From assembly GCA_026770705.1 (NCBI GenBank), contig JANJGN010000017.1, forward strand, positions 43,090,001 to 43,154,000: a stretch of 64,000 nt of DNA. The letters run 5' to 3'. Position 1 is the first letter of the stretch; each line of letters begins with the position of its first letter. This document shows positions 37,326 to 51,101 of this stretch, in pieces. Position numbers and translations under genes: made by a program. The notes under the pieces were generated by a model. The model had not been told where the DNA came from. It searched no databases and saw nothing but the letters and a program-made list of their open reading frames with translations. Origin of the DNA: Isurus oxyrinchus. Taxonomy: Eukaryota.

Positions 37326-38830
37326 ATGATTTGCAGCCAGAAGGAGAAGAGCGAGAGCCTCAAGAGGAAGGCAGCGTCCAGCTTCACCCACCAGGCCTTG
37401 ATCAGAGGAGCATGGGCACACAGGGAAGGCCTATATCCCAGGGATGCCTGCAGGAAGTGCAGCAGCCTCACCTCTCTGGCCTGGGAGCCCATAGCAGAGC
37501 AGGTCAAGTCTGCTGGCAACCACACCTGAAAGTGCAGGAAGGCTGCCAGGGTAAGTCATCTTTCAACTCCCTCTAATATCAAACTCTCATCATAACATCA
37601 TGCACTCAAGCAGCTACTTTCTTCAGGGATCTCACACAACCATAAGCAAGGGACACAAATCAACACTCATTCTCTCACCGAGACTTACACATGACTACCA
37701 TCCCATTTACCATGTTACTCACACTCCATCCTCTAGCCCTTCTAGGAACAGCTCACCACACAAAAGGGATATGTATCTCACCCAACCTCTGTTCTATCCC
37801 TTCTCATCACATGCCTTTCTTTCTTCATCACACAGGCCAAGCTGGCACACAACAGGCACAGGAGATCACAGACCAGGGGAGGGACGGCCGACATCATTGC
37901 CCTGACTGGGCTTGAGGAAGTTGCAGCTGAGCTGGCTGGGGAGGACAGGGATCACTCCTGTGGGGTAGGGGAAATCGGCCTCTCCCAGCAACCTATTACG
38001 GATCACAGCTCCATCACTTCATCAAATCCTGACATTCACAGTGAGTCACATACAGTCTTATCAAGCTCGTGCTCATTAACTGAAAATCTATTTTCTATTT
38101 TCTGGGCACCAGCAGATCAAGGCCCACAAACCAATTGATCACCACTGCGAGCCCCCAGACCATGTCCAAAGAAGAAGCTCTGGAAGAACTGAACTGGCAA
38201 TCACATGCACCCTACACCAGCTCAGAGACACACACGTCGGTGGGGCACAGCAGTAGATTAGGCTCAGGCTCATTTTCTGGAGAACACCTCACTGACACAT
38301 CCCACAGCAGTTGGAGGCAGGGACAGCCCAAGTCTCTGGCACTTGGATGACTGCTGGGGACCAGCCACCCATTCAGTCCGAGTCAGATGATAAGCCTCTG
38401 GAAGTGGCCGCCAACTCAATGCTGGCGATACAACGACAGGCAGTGAAACATCAGGCCGAGATTCGACAGCCACTCAGCAAACTAGAGTGAATGGATGAGT
38501 CCATCCTTGTTCTGTCTGGTGTCGTGGCTCCGACATGCGAACACCTCGAGGTCACCAGGAGGAGGTTGGCAACCACCATGGAGAACTTGGTCCAGCAGGT
38601 CTTGCCATATTTTCACCATGCCCTGCACTCCATGGCCACACACTCCGGTGGGCACCATCAGGATATAGGTGACATGGGAACCTCCCACTAGGTACACCAT
38701 CTGCTTCTGGAGTCAGGATGGGGCCCTTGGGCACCCACAGAGAGGATGATCGTCAGCTGGACACCCTGGGGCCTCCTCTCAGGACACTCCAAGGGTGTGC
38801 AGCCACTCACAAGCCTGTCATTGTGACCCC
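37326..38830 (+). pseudogene. Harbinger Myb/SANT-like protein (spliced, truncated)
   Basis: KRKAASSFTHQAL..GLYP..LAWEPIAEQV; donor AGG/gtaagt at 37550; exon 2 AKLAHNRHRRSQTRGG from 37836. Confidence 0.8.
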
Positions 38831-38859
38831 TGTTGGGAGTGTATTGGAGTGAGCCACCT

Positions 38860-39821
38860 CAGCAGTCCAAGCATCAGAAACACATTTTCAGAAGCCCTTT
38901 AGTCTGCTGTATAAGGGAGCATGTGAAGCTGTGAACAGCATTGTACTTCTCCTCGGAATGACTCTCAGGATGGTGCACAGGTATCATCAGCCAGTGTTTC
39001 ATTGGGTACCCTTTATCCCCAAGGAGCCATCCCTGCAGACGTAATGGCCCCTTGAGAATCTCAGGCACCTGGGAGTAACTCAGGATGTAAGAGTCATGGC
39101 AACTCCCAGGGTACCATGCACAAATGCGCAGTATGTGCTTCCAGTAATCACACGTCCGTTGCACATTGATAGAATTATACCCCTTGCGGTTTATAAACAT
39201 TAGGATCTGCTGCCATGGAGCCCGTATAGCCACATGGGTGCAGTCTATTGCACCCTGCACTCTTGGGAAGCCAGAGATGGTAGCGAAGCCAGTGAATCTC
39301 GCAGCCTAGTTATCTTCGTCCAGAGCAAACCTGACATAATGATGTGCCTTCCTGTCAAGGGTATCTGTGACCTCCTTTATGCATCGATATGTTGTGGACT
39401 GAGATCTGCACAGGTTCCCTGTTGATCCTTATAAAGAACCAGAGGCAAATAAATTTAGTGCTGCAGTCACCTTCAAAGCTACTGATAGGGGATACCCTCC
39501 AACTCCACATGGCATCAGGTCTTCACGAAGAGTGTGACATATGTGATGTACTAGAGCTTGGAACAAGTGCAGACATGCATGGCATTGCCTCTCACTCACT
39601 TGTAAATAAAAGACTCTTCTACGATAAGCCCTAGGTCTGGTGATTTCCCTTTGTTGTCTGGGCCTCTCCTCTTGACCCTCCTGTTCATGCTCTGGCTCCG
39701 CTTGACCATGTCCCTCGGGTGTGGCACCCTGCTGGAACTGCGCACAGAGTCGCCTTTCCCTCCTTTGCCTCCTCCATTTCATTAGGACCCTAACAAAGGC
39801 AGCACTGAGCCCTGGATCCAT
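38860..39821 (-). pseudogene. Harbinger DDE transposase, disrupted and 3'-truncated
   Basis: QGAIDCTHVAI, NRKGYNSINVQ, YPGSCHDSYIL and LLGDKGYP; N-terminal LSVALKVTAALNLFASGS is in another frame. Confidence 0.92.
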
Positions 39822-40133
39822 ATGTGCTTTTGCCTTCTCTCTGAAAGGAAACATTAAAGACATTAATGATTCAAGAGGCAAGAAAGTGAAGCTCAGAAGA
39901 TGGCATGTTTGGAAACTATAAGGGTTCATAGTTTTTCCTGCCCTGCTCACATGGTGGCTGATTCTGCCTTGTCCCTGAGACACTGGCACACACATCAAGG
40001 TGACCAAGATGGCATCACAGATATTAAACATCTTGAGCCCTGCGTGGGATGCTAAAGTTTGATTGAGATGAGTGACCCAATCTAGCTCTTTGCTCCAATC
40101 TCTGATGTGGCATATTAATGACCAATCAGTTTT

Positions 40134-40400
40134 CTTTTATTCATTTACAGGACGTGGGCATCGCTGGCTAGGCCAGCATTTATTGCCCATCCCTAATTGC
40201 CCTTGAGAAGGTGGTGGTGAGCTGCTTTCTTGAACTGCCGCAGTTCCTGCGGTGTAGGTACACCCACAGTGCTGTTTGGGAGGGAATTCCAGGATTTTGA
40301 CCCAGCAACAGTGAAGGAACTGTGATATATTTCCATCCAAGTCAGGATGGTGAGTAGCTTGGAGATGAACTTCCACGTGGTGGTGTTCCCATGAGGCTGC
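40134..40400 (-). mobile_element. HER1 LINE 3' end nested in Harbinger copy 4
   Basis: Reverse complement of 8354-8646; SKSWNSLPNSTVGVPTPQELRQFKKAAHHHLLKGN. Confidence 0.88.
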
Positions 40401-41537
40401 TGTGAGTGGATGCCTGTTAGGAGTGTCACTTCTGGTGAACATGTGACAAGCATTCATTGATGGAATGCCATATATGGTACAGCTGTGCCTCCCTCACTAT
40501 TGCCTGCATTCCCAAATTCTACATTCCTATGTGTTACTCTTGAGATGCAGCAACTGTGATATGAAGCCATTGAGTTCTGAGTAGCCCTTTAACAGTGCTA
40601 ACTAAGCCATTGGCTTTCAGTGACTTTCATCGCAAGGAGGTCTTCCTCCTTTCTAAGCAGATGCCTGTTCGGTCATACATAATAATAAGTTAGAGGGTGA
40701 CACCAGAAAGGCCCCCTCATGTTCATCCTGCCCCCTCACTGCCACTCCACAGCCTTGCTTCCTCATTGCCCGCCTTGTGTTCATCAACCCCACCCGTGCC
40801 TCACAGCCCACCCCCAGTTGATGTGCTAGTTATTGAAAGCGGAGGCCTGCATCACTACCACATCACAGTGGTGTTCTTCAGGGCAATATAGGCAAAGAGC
40901 AAGAGCAGAACGACCCTACAGCCCCAGTAGTGTGGTGTTCATCACAACAAGGCCGCGCACACTATGGCAGGCAGGTATGTTGCACTCACCTCAAAGTTAC
41001 AAGCGCACTGAAGTCTGACTTATGTATGCTATCCCTTTTCAAATGGGTTTGAGGTTGATGTAATTTCCTGCTGGCGTGACACGAGATTGGAAGGCATGAC
41101 AAGATTCCAGCAAGCTGCTGTTTTAATGAGCATTCATGAGATGTTAACAAATGCAAATGGTGTTCATGCCACCAGATAACCGACCCTCCATAAACCCACC
41201 ATCAGAAGAATTGCAACCTGTTTTTACACCAGGATTTCTGACTTTTTGCCTGTTGTTGGATTTTCTGCTCTCGCCCACCACAAAACCCACCACGGGCAGG
41301 ATGGGAAAATTCTGCCCATGGAGTTAAGGCCACAATCAGATCAGCCACGATCTTATTGAATACTGAAGCAGGCTCAAAGGACCAAATGGCCTCCTGCTGC
41401 TCCTACTTCTTATAATCTTATGAATATGGTTGAAGTTGCTGTAATCTGGAACCTGCTTGATCATCAGTAATTCTTATGTCTTGAGTCTATGAGTTCAGTA
41501 GTCAAGTAAACTCGAATTGCGCACCTTCATATACACT

Positions 41538-44500
41538 TGTTAGTTGATGCTCGCTATCAATAACGGAGAGAGGCTGACATAAGAACAAACTGTGATTGTT
41601 TATTGCAACAGAGGGCAGAGTATTAAATCCTTGCATGCTCCCACAACCACCTCCAGCTCTAGACTTACAGTTAACCAGTATCCCGCGCTGTACAGTGATT
41701 GGTCAGTACTGTCACATGGTTAGCCCACTTGCATTCTCTTAAAGGTACATGGTACTCCACTTTACCACATCCCTCCCCCTTTACTTAAAAATACAGTTGA
41801 CAAACTTAATAACATGTGAACTATTTACAGTAATAACTATTTACAAATCAAGTCTCTCTGGAGACTTTCTCGGATATGTTGAACGTCACAGTTCAACAAC
41901 CTTTGCTAGTTTTTCTGAGACCTCCTTTTCAGGGGACGTTGTCCACTAGGTTCCTCAGTGGAAATTGGCAGGTTTGTCGCCCTGACCCCTCTGGTCCCAC
42001 AAGCCTCACTGTTTCTTCTAAATCATGTGATCTGTCCTCTACATGCGGAACAGACTCAAGTGTAGATGAAGACTGCATTTCTTCTTGAGGGACTGGCGTT
42101 CTTTTGTAGAGATGATCTATGTGTTGTCTAATTATTCGGTCATTTACCGATACATTATAGGAGAGGGGTCCAGTTACTGCACTCACCTTGCTGAACAGCC
42201 GATTGGGCCCATCTCCAAAGTTCTTCACGAGGACCGCATCTCTCACCATGAAAGTTATTTCGTGACCATGACCATCATGCCTGGCCTTCTGTGCCTCTTG
42301 GCTTTGCTCCATCCTCCCCTCTAAATGTGGCTGGATAAGGGTCAGGCAAGTGCGGAGACATCTCTTAATTAATTCTGCAGGGGCAATGCCAGTTGTTGTG
42401 TGTGGCGTGGTCCTGAATGCGAACAAGAACCGGGACAATCTCGTGCTGATGGAATCCTTTTCCATCTTTTTAATCCTGGATTTAAAGGTTTGGATTGCCC
42501 GCTCAGCCATGCTGTTCGATGCTGTGTGGTAGGGTGTGATATGGGTAATGCCATTAAGGGTCATGAACCTGTGGAATCTTCCGCTGGTAAAAGCAGTCCA
42601 GTTGTTGGACACGACAACCTCCGGCAACCCACGCACTGCAAAGCTCTGCAAAACAGTCTATGGTGGCAAAACGTGGGCGACCAAACCTCATAGATGTCCA
42701 TCCATTTGGAGTGGGAGTCAATCAGTAAAAGGAACATTGTGTTCAAGGAGGGTCCCACATAATTGATTGGAGGCACACCCATGGATGCCCTGGCCATTCC
42801 CATTGGTGCAATGGAGCTAAGTGGGGGGAGCTTTTCCATCTGCTGGCATTGAGGACAGCTTTTGACCAGGGTTTCTATATCCAGGTCCATGCCTGGCCAC
42901 CACAACTAGTTGCATGCGAGTATCTTCATTCTGTTAATGTCTGGGTGAGCGCAGTGTAGCTCGGCTAATAATGGCCTTCGCCCCCTCGGGACCACGATAA
43001 CCTTTGCTCCCCAGAGTGACATGTTGTCCTGGCAGGAGAGTTCATATTTGCGATCAGAATAGGGCTTCATCTCCTCAGACTTAGATCCAACTGACCAACC
43101 ATTCAAGACCTGCTCCTGGACGTTAGACAATAGTGGGTCCCAGCTTGACCACGCACGGATTTGTCTGATCTGAACAGGGGAGGAATCCAGGAAATTTAGC
43201 ACCGAGACCAGTTCCTGGAGAATCGGAGCCCCTCCGTTATTAGCTGACAGGGGAAGGCGGCTTAGTGCAAGTGCATGTGCAACTTGACTCCCTAAATGGT
43301 ACCCAATAGTACCCATCTCTGGTGCGAACCAATGTGATAGGGGGTATCACTTTATCTTCTCCAAATAATCCCAGTAGAGGCTGGTGGTCGGTTATAATCA
43401 GGAAATGGTGACTGTGGAGATATTGATGAAAGTTCCGGATGCCAAACACAACAGATAACCCCGCTCTTTTTCAATTTGGGAATATTTGTCGCTCTGCAAC
43501 ACTGAGTGTGCAAGATGTATAACCAATGGGTCGTTCTGAGCCATCCGCCATCTGATGTGAAAGGACAGTCCCTATTCCATAAGGGGATGCATCACATGTT
43601 AAAATTAATTCCTACTTGGGGTCAAAGTGGACCAGTAAGGCCAACGATCTTAACAATCGCTTCACTTTCAGGAAGGCTTCCTGGTGCGGGGCTTGCCAAC
43701 TCCATTTCTGGTTCTTCTTAAGCAGGCTGTACTATGGGGCCAGCACAGTCGAGAGATTTAGGAGGAATCGGCTGTAGTAGTCACGATGCCTAAGGCGGCC
43801 TTAAGATCTGTGGTATTTCTCGGGGCAGGTGCCTTGCGAATGGCCTGGACTTTGTTCCACAGGATGCAAGCCCTGCGCGTCAACATTGTGGCCCAAGTAA
43901 ACTACCTCCTTAGCTTGGAACAGACTCTTCTCATTTTAACCATGTGTGAAGCATTTGAGCACCTCTTCTAGATTTGCTAAGTGATCATCATCAGTCAGTC
44001 CCATGACCAATACATCATCCGAGTAAACAATAACATGGGACAATCCTTGGAGCAAGTTTTCTATCGTTCTTTGGAAAATAACACACGCTGAGGAGACCCC
44101 AAAGGGTAGACACGTGTATTGATATAATCCTCGGTGTGTATTAATGGTGACGAATTCCCTAGAGTCCTTTTCCAACTCTACCTGCTGGTAAGCATGAGTC
44201 ATGTCTAATTTTGAATATGTGATGCCCCTTTCCAACTTCGAATACAATTCCTCAATCTTGGGCATTGGTTGTTTATCTAGTTTGGCCACCTTATTGACAG
44301 TTAGCTTAAAGTCACTGCATAAATGCACGCTTTGGTCCGGCTTCAGTACAGGTGCGATGGGTGCCGCCCACTAAGGAAATTGCATTGATTGTAGGATGCC
44401 CAATTTTTCCAGTCTGTTCAGTTCGATTTCAACGTTGTCCCATAGAGCATAAGGGACTGGTCTGGCTGTTATAAATCTTTGGGCCTATATGGATTCTGGC

Positions 44501-45784
44501 CTGTAGCCCTCGAATCCTTCCTAACTCATTGTTGAAAACAGAAGCATACCTTTGCAACAATTCCTGTAAGCCTATCATTGTAATTTGAAAAATTTCGGCC
44601 CATTTCAGTTTAATCCTTTTGAGCCAGTTGTAGCCTATTAAGCTGTGGCCCTCTCCACTTGCCATTATCATGGACAATCTTTCAGATTAATCTCCATATG
44701 TCACCGAGACTTGACATAACCCTTTCTGTCTTATTTCTTCACCACTGTATGTTCTCAGTTTAGTGTCCGAAACTTCCAATCTTAAAGGATGGGTTCCTAT
44801 ATTCAAGTATCTGAATGTATGTTCTCTAATGACGGACATAAACGCTCCAGTATCAACTTCCATCTTAATGGGTTGTCCATTGACTATAATGACTCCTTGG
44901 ATTGGCTTGGTTCTACCCACTTTCAGTTTATATAGTGAATGGATGTCTGATTCTATTTCTTCTGGTTCGTCCATGAGACATATTTCACAATTTCTCCCTT
45001 TGTCTTTAAAATGCTGTCTCAGCCAATCTCTGCAGTGCCACATTATGTGACCATGGCAGTGGCAGAAAAAGCATTCAACTTGTTTGAATTGTCAATTGCC
45101 CACTGGATGTCTGGATGCATTTCTCTCATTCAGTTTGTGGGTTTTCACTATGGTACTGCTGTTTTTTATTGATATGTACATAGGGGGCGTTTCCCGCCTT
45201 TCTGTGGGGTCTGATGTTTTCACGCCTTTTGTTGTCGGTCTGTTCCGCCCTACCAAATAGATGGCACCATTTTGTGTATCTCTTACAGCTTCCAAATTTC
45301 TAACAGCACTCTCCATGACTGTGGCTAAATCTAATACCTTACTGAAGTCTAGATTAGCTTCGGCTGGCAGTCGCCTTTGAATAGTATCATCTCCAATTCC
45401 GCATATCAGTCAGTTTCTCAGCATATCGCTAATGGATGTTCCAAATTCACAATGTTCAATTAATGCGCTTAAAATGGCAACATAGTCAGCTATTATCTCC
45501 CTGGAAGCATATTCCTTGTATTGAACTTGAAGCACTGCACAGTAACTGGGGGCTTTGGTCTCAGGTGGTTTTGCACAATTTTTATTAACACGTCGAAAGT
45601 CTTTGAGTCGGGGGTGTTAGGTGACGTGACAGAAGGCAGAAATCCTTGCATGCTCCCACAACCACCTCCAGCTCTAGACCTACAGTTAACCAGTAGACCG
45701 TGCTGTACAGTGATTTGTCAGTACTGTCACATGGTTAGTCCACTTGCATTCTTTTAAAGGTACACGGTACTCCAATTTACCACA
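41538..45784 (-). mobile_element. Decayed Gypsy LTR retrotransposon (gag-PR-RT-RH-IN); 3' LTR 41538-41769, partial 5' LTR 45640-45784
   Basis: PR motif MEVDTGA; RT motifs KLDMTHAYQQ, LPFGVSSA and YSDD; RH motif TDHQPLLGLF; IN motifs LHCAH..CPQC and AERAIQTFK. PPT lies next to 41769. I counted 9 mismatches between LTRs over 145 bp. PBS and gag start are deleted. Confidence 0.93.
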
Positions 45785-46539
45785 GTAATACTTTCACACT
45801 GGTTCAAAACAGCTAGAGGTCAAGTTTCACCCACATTAGTTGAGATGGAGTGTGATAAGTCAGTTATCCTTGTGCCAAAAAAAAATCTTACTTGCATGGA
45901 TCTGATTAATGAGCTTTATAAAGATGTGTATTTCCTTATCCAAAGTAAACTTTGTTGTTATGCAACTACTGTTGTGAAATTTTTAAAAATCAGCTTTTTC
46001 TAACTGCAATAGAAATGTTTCTCCCTATTAATGCTACTATTCAACCTTACCTTCAATATCATCAAATGAACATCTTATTTGGAATCATCCCATTGAAATT
46101 CCTAACTGTGTGAGGAAAATACTCTGTATGTCAAATAGCTCCACTATTTCCCTTCTAGGATTGGTGGTCTCAGCAGCTAATTGAATGAGTGCATGCACAG
46201 CCCGTTAGGTCACAAACAGACACCTTGTAAAAACTTTGAAGGTTAAAACTGGATTGAAAAGATATTTATTGCTTAGATAGTGCAGGTTCTCCACCCTAAT
46301 GTTAGAATGCTAGATGTTTTCAGATAACATCTTAGCTGATCAAATGAAAGTGCATGAATCCTAATGTATAGACAAAGTATAGTAGCAGAATGATTACATT
46401 AATTATTGAACTCTGAAGCTAGAGATGCTGAGAATGCAAAAGGAACAAAGTCTTATTCACAGTCTCTAATGCTTAGAAATGTAATAAAACAACCATCTCT
46501 GTTATTAACCTGTTAAATTTAAAGAACCAAACAAGATGA

Positions 46540-46800
46540 TAGGCAACAGAGCCAGAGTTGCCATAAGGAAAAACATTTTCATGCAACAAGTGGTTAGGAT
46601 TTGGAATGCACTGACTGATAGGGTGGTAGAAACAAATTCAATAACTTTCAAAAGGAAATTAGATATAAAAAAAAAAAAACAATTGCAGGGATATAAGCAT
46701 CAGGTAGTGGGATTAGTGGAAATGCTCTTTGAAAGAGCCAGCATAGACTTGATGGGTGGAATGGTGTCTTTCTGTGCTGTACTATTCTATGATTCAGTGA
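46540..46800 (+). mobile_element. CR1 LINE 3' fragment
   Basis: RKNIFMQQVVRIWNALTDRVVE motif; ends in (ATTCT)-like repeats ATTCTATGATTC..GATTCT. Confidence 0.8.
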
Positions 46801-46983
46801 TTCTAAAGCAAACAATGATAAAAAGTCCTTACACAGTATAAAATGGATCCTTGAGACAAAGTGGGCCCTTTTGTATTCCTAGCTTAGCTCTGGAATATTC
46901 TATTTCCAATTGGATAGACGTAAATTAATTTTCAACTCTAGGAACTATGCAAACAGTGTGGAAGGGGAAGAGGTACACAACAG

Positions 46984-47067
46984 GAAACGTCAACTCTTTT
47001 CTTCTCCGCCGATGCTGCCAGACCTGCTGAGTTTTCCAGGTAATTCTGTTTTTGTTTAGGATATTTC
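46984..47067 (+). repeat. Single-arm fragment of the Penelope-derived palindromic repeat
   Basis: Near identical to 55922-55995, with three differences. Confidence 0.85.
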
Positions 47068-47759
47068 TTTTAATTCCCGATTCACTTGGTGCAGGTGGGC
47101 ACAATATAATGTCTGCTACTTTCACTAGATAAATTTAAACTCAGCTGCTTGAATATATTCCTTAAATTTACTCATCAAATTTAGACAGACTTTTCAGATC
47201 AAAGACACATCTCGTAATTCCACAAATGCACTGAGTATCTACTAGTGGATGATGGTGCCAACATGGGTATAATTCTATAAGAAAACGTTTTGATCCTATT
47301 TGTGATTCAAATGCATTTCAGGTTATTTTAGAGTCCTTTATATCTGTTGGTCCATTGTTGTGGCCATGAAAAAAGCATAGCAACCATGAGGAGTTACCGA
47401 TTGTAACCATGGTGCTCTCACAGCTATTACTACCACAGTTCTATCAGAACATATTTAATGGAATATGTAATAGAAATAAAACATAGGGAAGTTATATTTA
47501 AATTGCTTTTCACTTACATGGTGGGCCCTGTCCCATTTACGTGATTATTAATATTTTAAGGCCCATTGTAACATTTTTGTAACAAATTAAAAAATGCAAC
47601 AAGTTTATTGTTCTATTTTTGAAAGTAAAAAATTATTTCAGTCACAAAATATCTCCACAATTGTATTTAGTAATACTCTGGAACAGAAATTTTACTAAAA
47701 ATACATCTTAGGAGATTTGATTTTACGTTTTGTTGATTCCATAAATGTTGATTATTAAA

Positions 47760-47940
47760 GTATACACAATGGGAAAAACTTAAAGAAAGTGGTGAAAATG
47801 CAGGACTTCCTTTCACATGGAGTGGTTAAAGCAGATAACATTGTCATGATTAAGGAGCTTGATGCATACATGAGAGAGGAGGAGTGGAGGAATTTGATGG
47901 GGTCAGGGTGGAAAGAGATATATAAGAGAGTATAAGACAA
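47760..47940 (+). mobile_element. Highly degenerate CR1 3' fragment
   Basis: GGAGTGGTTAAAGCAGATAACATT..TTAAGGAGCTTGATGCATACATGAGAGAG resembles the CR1 ORF2 end. Confidence 0.5.
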
Positions 47941-49944
47941 TAGCCTATGAATTTGGAAGTATTATTGCCCATGGGAAGGTGGGGCACAGTGGATCAGCTT
48001 GTCACTTTGACTTACTGCTGAGCTTAACAGACAACATAGGAAAAGCAGTTAAATAAACTTCATATAAAATAGAAAGCAAGTATGCTGAATGAATGATCAA
48101 TCAATAAAAAAAGTGAACCAATTCTAATTTTAGAAAGATTTATCTATTTGTCCTACTAATTATGCAGTTATCACATAAAATTTATAATGCAAAAATCAAA
48201 ATTGTGTATAATTTGTAAAAATAGATATTTGAATTTATCGACTCATGCTGGAAATATATCTGTTAAACTTTGCTTTCTGAAGCCTAAATTCTGTCAATTA
48301 CCTGGGCTTGATCACCCATTGAGGTTACTCTCTGTGTTGATGCAGCCCTGTGCAGCATAATGAGAAATCTGCTATTTTCCTTCTTTTAAATCCTATTCCC
48401 TTCTGTTTCTCTAACCAGCTTAGTCTTTCCCAGGGCAGGCTCATCTACCCAACACCCCATTCTCTGTTGCTATCCAGAAGCCTACTTACTCTGCTATTTC
48501 CAACTCTTCTACAGAATTTTCTAACCGTAAAGAGAACCAGTCAACAAATACAGTACAGGAGTCTAACGCAGTGGAGAAAATAGCTATGCAATATAAGCAG
48601 ACTTGGTAGGTCAGGAAAAGCAGGGAACAGGCTGAAGATGGGCCAAATGGGCAAAATAAACAATAATTCTCAAACCATCAGCCTGCCCCAATTCCCCATT
48701 GTTTCCTGGTGAGTCCTGTGCTCAAGTACTCAGTGTCTTCCCAATCCAAGTGCCTCTGAGTTCCTGTGGTGTAAGCCTGCTCTGGGTGCTTCCTTATCTG
48801 CATATCTGATTGATGTTATTGCCCCTCACACCTTGTGTAGCATCGGAAAATGTTTCCAGCTGGTTACAGTAGCAGGCAGCACACTCACCCAGGATTCAGT
48901 TTACTGGTGCTGATTAAATGAGAGTTTGGATTAAACTGGCAGTTAGTGAGGTGCATGCCAAGTGCCTATTTCAGTAACTAGCTGTAAAGTTCCTTCATTC
49001 TGACATAAATTGAGAGAGGTCAAGCATCAACACTGTAAAACACACCACTGATTAAAATTAAAGCTTCCCTTTTAACATGCCTTAAACAGGATATTATTAA
49101 ACAGGATATTCAAATTTGGAGTAATGACAAAGGAGATTTGAAATTCTTTAGAAGTCACTTATTCTATATAAAAGAAATCACAAATTTCAATACATTTCTT
49201 TTCAAACTTTATGAACTTAACTTTCAAAGATATCTAACAAATTGGGAGAGAACTGCCATTTTTTGAACACTATAAATGCCCTTAGAGCTCCATAAAGGCA
49301 TCTGCAACACACTCGCACACTTGTGGGGTGAATTGCGACATATCTCAGAGTGGTGGGGGCACCAGTATGGACACAGTGAACATCTACCAGAGAAATGCAG
49401 AGTAGACAGATCAGTACGTCAATCAGTGTTCAATGATGATTTGATGCCAGCACCTCCATTTTGGAGGGCAACTCTCCAGCTAATGCCTCTCTGAAACTTT
49501 GCAAAGTTGAACATACATTCAGCATCAGGAAGGATCCTGACCAGAACTATTTAAACAATCATCAATTACATACAGGTTAGCTGCTGGTTTATTTCTTCTG
49601 GTTGTTATTATAATTCTATGAGAATTGGGGCTTTCTCTCATTGCTTCAAATTGCTGAGTGCTGAGGTAGGTGCTGAGGGAGTTGCTGACTTCAAAGCTTT
49701 TGCGCAAACTGATAGCTCCCAAACATGGGTGCAGTCATAGGCAGCCCCCTTGGAATTCTGCATGAGTTAGAGAATGAACAGAGGTTACACAGAGCATGTG
49801 AACATGCTAATTGAAGATGGAGAAGGAGGAGGCAGGAGAAAAGATTTCAGCAGGAGGCCATCTGCCAACCTTATTCTCAGTGAAGAACAGTATGTTAGAT
49901 ATCTCTGCTTCACGGAGGAGGTCTTCACTTAAATAGGCCACCAA

Positions 49945-50055
49945 CAATGCATTTTTCCTTACAACAGTGATTACACTTGAAAAATGCTTCATTGGCTGTA
50001 AAGTGCTTAGGGGCATTCTGGAATCAAGAAAGGAGTTATAAGATATAAGTCATAT
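49945..50055 (+). mobile_element. Old SINE/L2-type 3' tail (DeuSINE-like)
   Basis: TTACAACAGTGATTACACTTGAAAA..TTCATTGGCTGTAAAGTGCTT resembles a recalled DeuSINE/L2 tail. Confidence 0.55.
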
Positions 50056-50454
50056 TTTTATTTATTTTAGCTGAAGCCACAACCTACCTCAGGGCAAGGG
50101 CCACATTGTCAGTAGCTGTGAAGGTGACTGTGACAATGAATTCACGTGCGCTTGGCTTCTTTCAGGTTGTAGCTGAAGATATTTGCAACATCTCACAGTG
50201 TGTAGTATGTACATACTGTGAGAAATGGGTGTGAGGCTTGCAGCAGTGCTACGTGTCAGGACGAGGTGAAGCTAGGAATGTTATATATGAGTCTTGACTG
50301 ATAGAGGTTGTTTGTATGTGAGTGATGAGGCATGGTGATTTGTGTGGTGATTGAGGCAGGTAGTGCGGTTGTACAGTGTTGTCATTTGAAGATGTGTTCA
50401 CTGACATTAACCGCTCATGCGTGATCATTGAACTTCTTGTGGCACTGTTTCCTG

Positions 50455-51101
50455 GAGCAGAATTTTACGTCCCGTGCGCCTGATCCGATTGGGCATAAAA
50501 TTAGCGCACGATGACGTCAAGTGAACGTTCTGACGTCATCGCACACTCATGCAATATTTGGTTGGCAGGTGTGCACCCCCACCAACAATTAAGAGGCCTA
50601 TGAAGGCCATTAAAGAATTAATTAACAGCGATTTTTTTCACTGCCCATCCAACCTTACAGTAGGCGGGTGGGCGAAACGGTCAGGTGGCCTTTGCATTTT
50701 TCAGGAAATCTCATCCAAGGGTGGGATGAGCTTTCCAGAATTAAATTTTAAAAATTAAAAATGTTTGGGCAGAATTTTTATAATGCATATGTTTAGATGA
50801 GTGAGTCTGATGTGCGGACATTTTTTTCTGCATCTATAAATCTTTATTTGATGGATTAATGTTCTTCTGCTCCCTGAGATGGCTCTCTGTTCAGGGAGCT
50901 TTCACTGTGCACTCCCCTGTGCCTGCGCTGACTTCAGCGCTTGCCCTCCTCCCACCCCCACCCCGGCAGCACTGAGCTTCTCAGCACATGTTTCACGCTG
51001 GTTGGCCGTTAATTGGCCAGCCAGCGTGAAATCGTGGTCAGGGGCCGATCACGGGCAGCAGGCCCGCCCTGTGCCCGCCCAATGACCTGAAAATCCTGCC
51101 C
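50455..51101. mobile_element. Harbinger MITE inserted in the Myb gene of copy 6
   Basis: TIRs GAGCAGAATTTT / AAAATCCTGCCC; perfect CTG TSD. Confidence 0.9.

Larger units (their letters stand above)
37066..41317. mobile_element. PIF/Harbinger copy 4 (third family) with an internal deletion joining the Myb and transposase 3' parts near 38840
   Basis: TIRs GGGCGGAGTTTT / AAAATTCTGCCC; flanking CR1 sequence is continuous across the insertion; TSD imperfect. Confidence 0.88.
36891..41423 (+). mobile_element. CR1 LINE 3' end (36891-37065 + 41318-41423) split by Harbinger copy 4
   Basis: NFFPQ.V.SL.NSLPQR motif, then the 3' UTR AGATCAGCCACGATCTTATTGAAT..AAATGGCCTCCTGCTGCTCCTA resumes right after the TIR. 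Confidence 0.8.

Noticed and set aside
38874-39260. Domesticated HARBI1 gene
   Set aside because: It lies within TIRs, is frameshifted and truncated, and has several decayed paralogues in the window.
41534-45788. TSD for the 41538-45784 Gypsy element
   Set aside because: The flanks CACT and GTAA do not match, so none is claimed.
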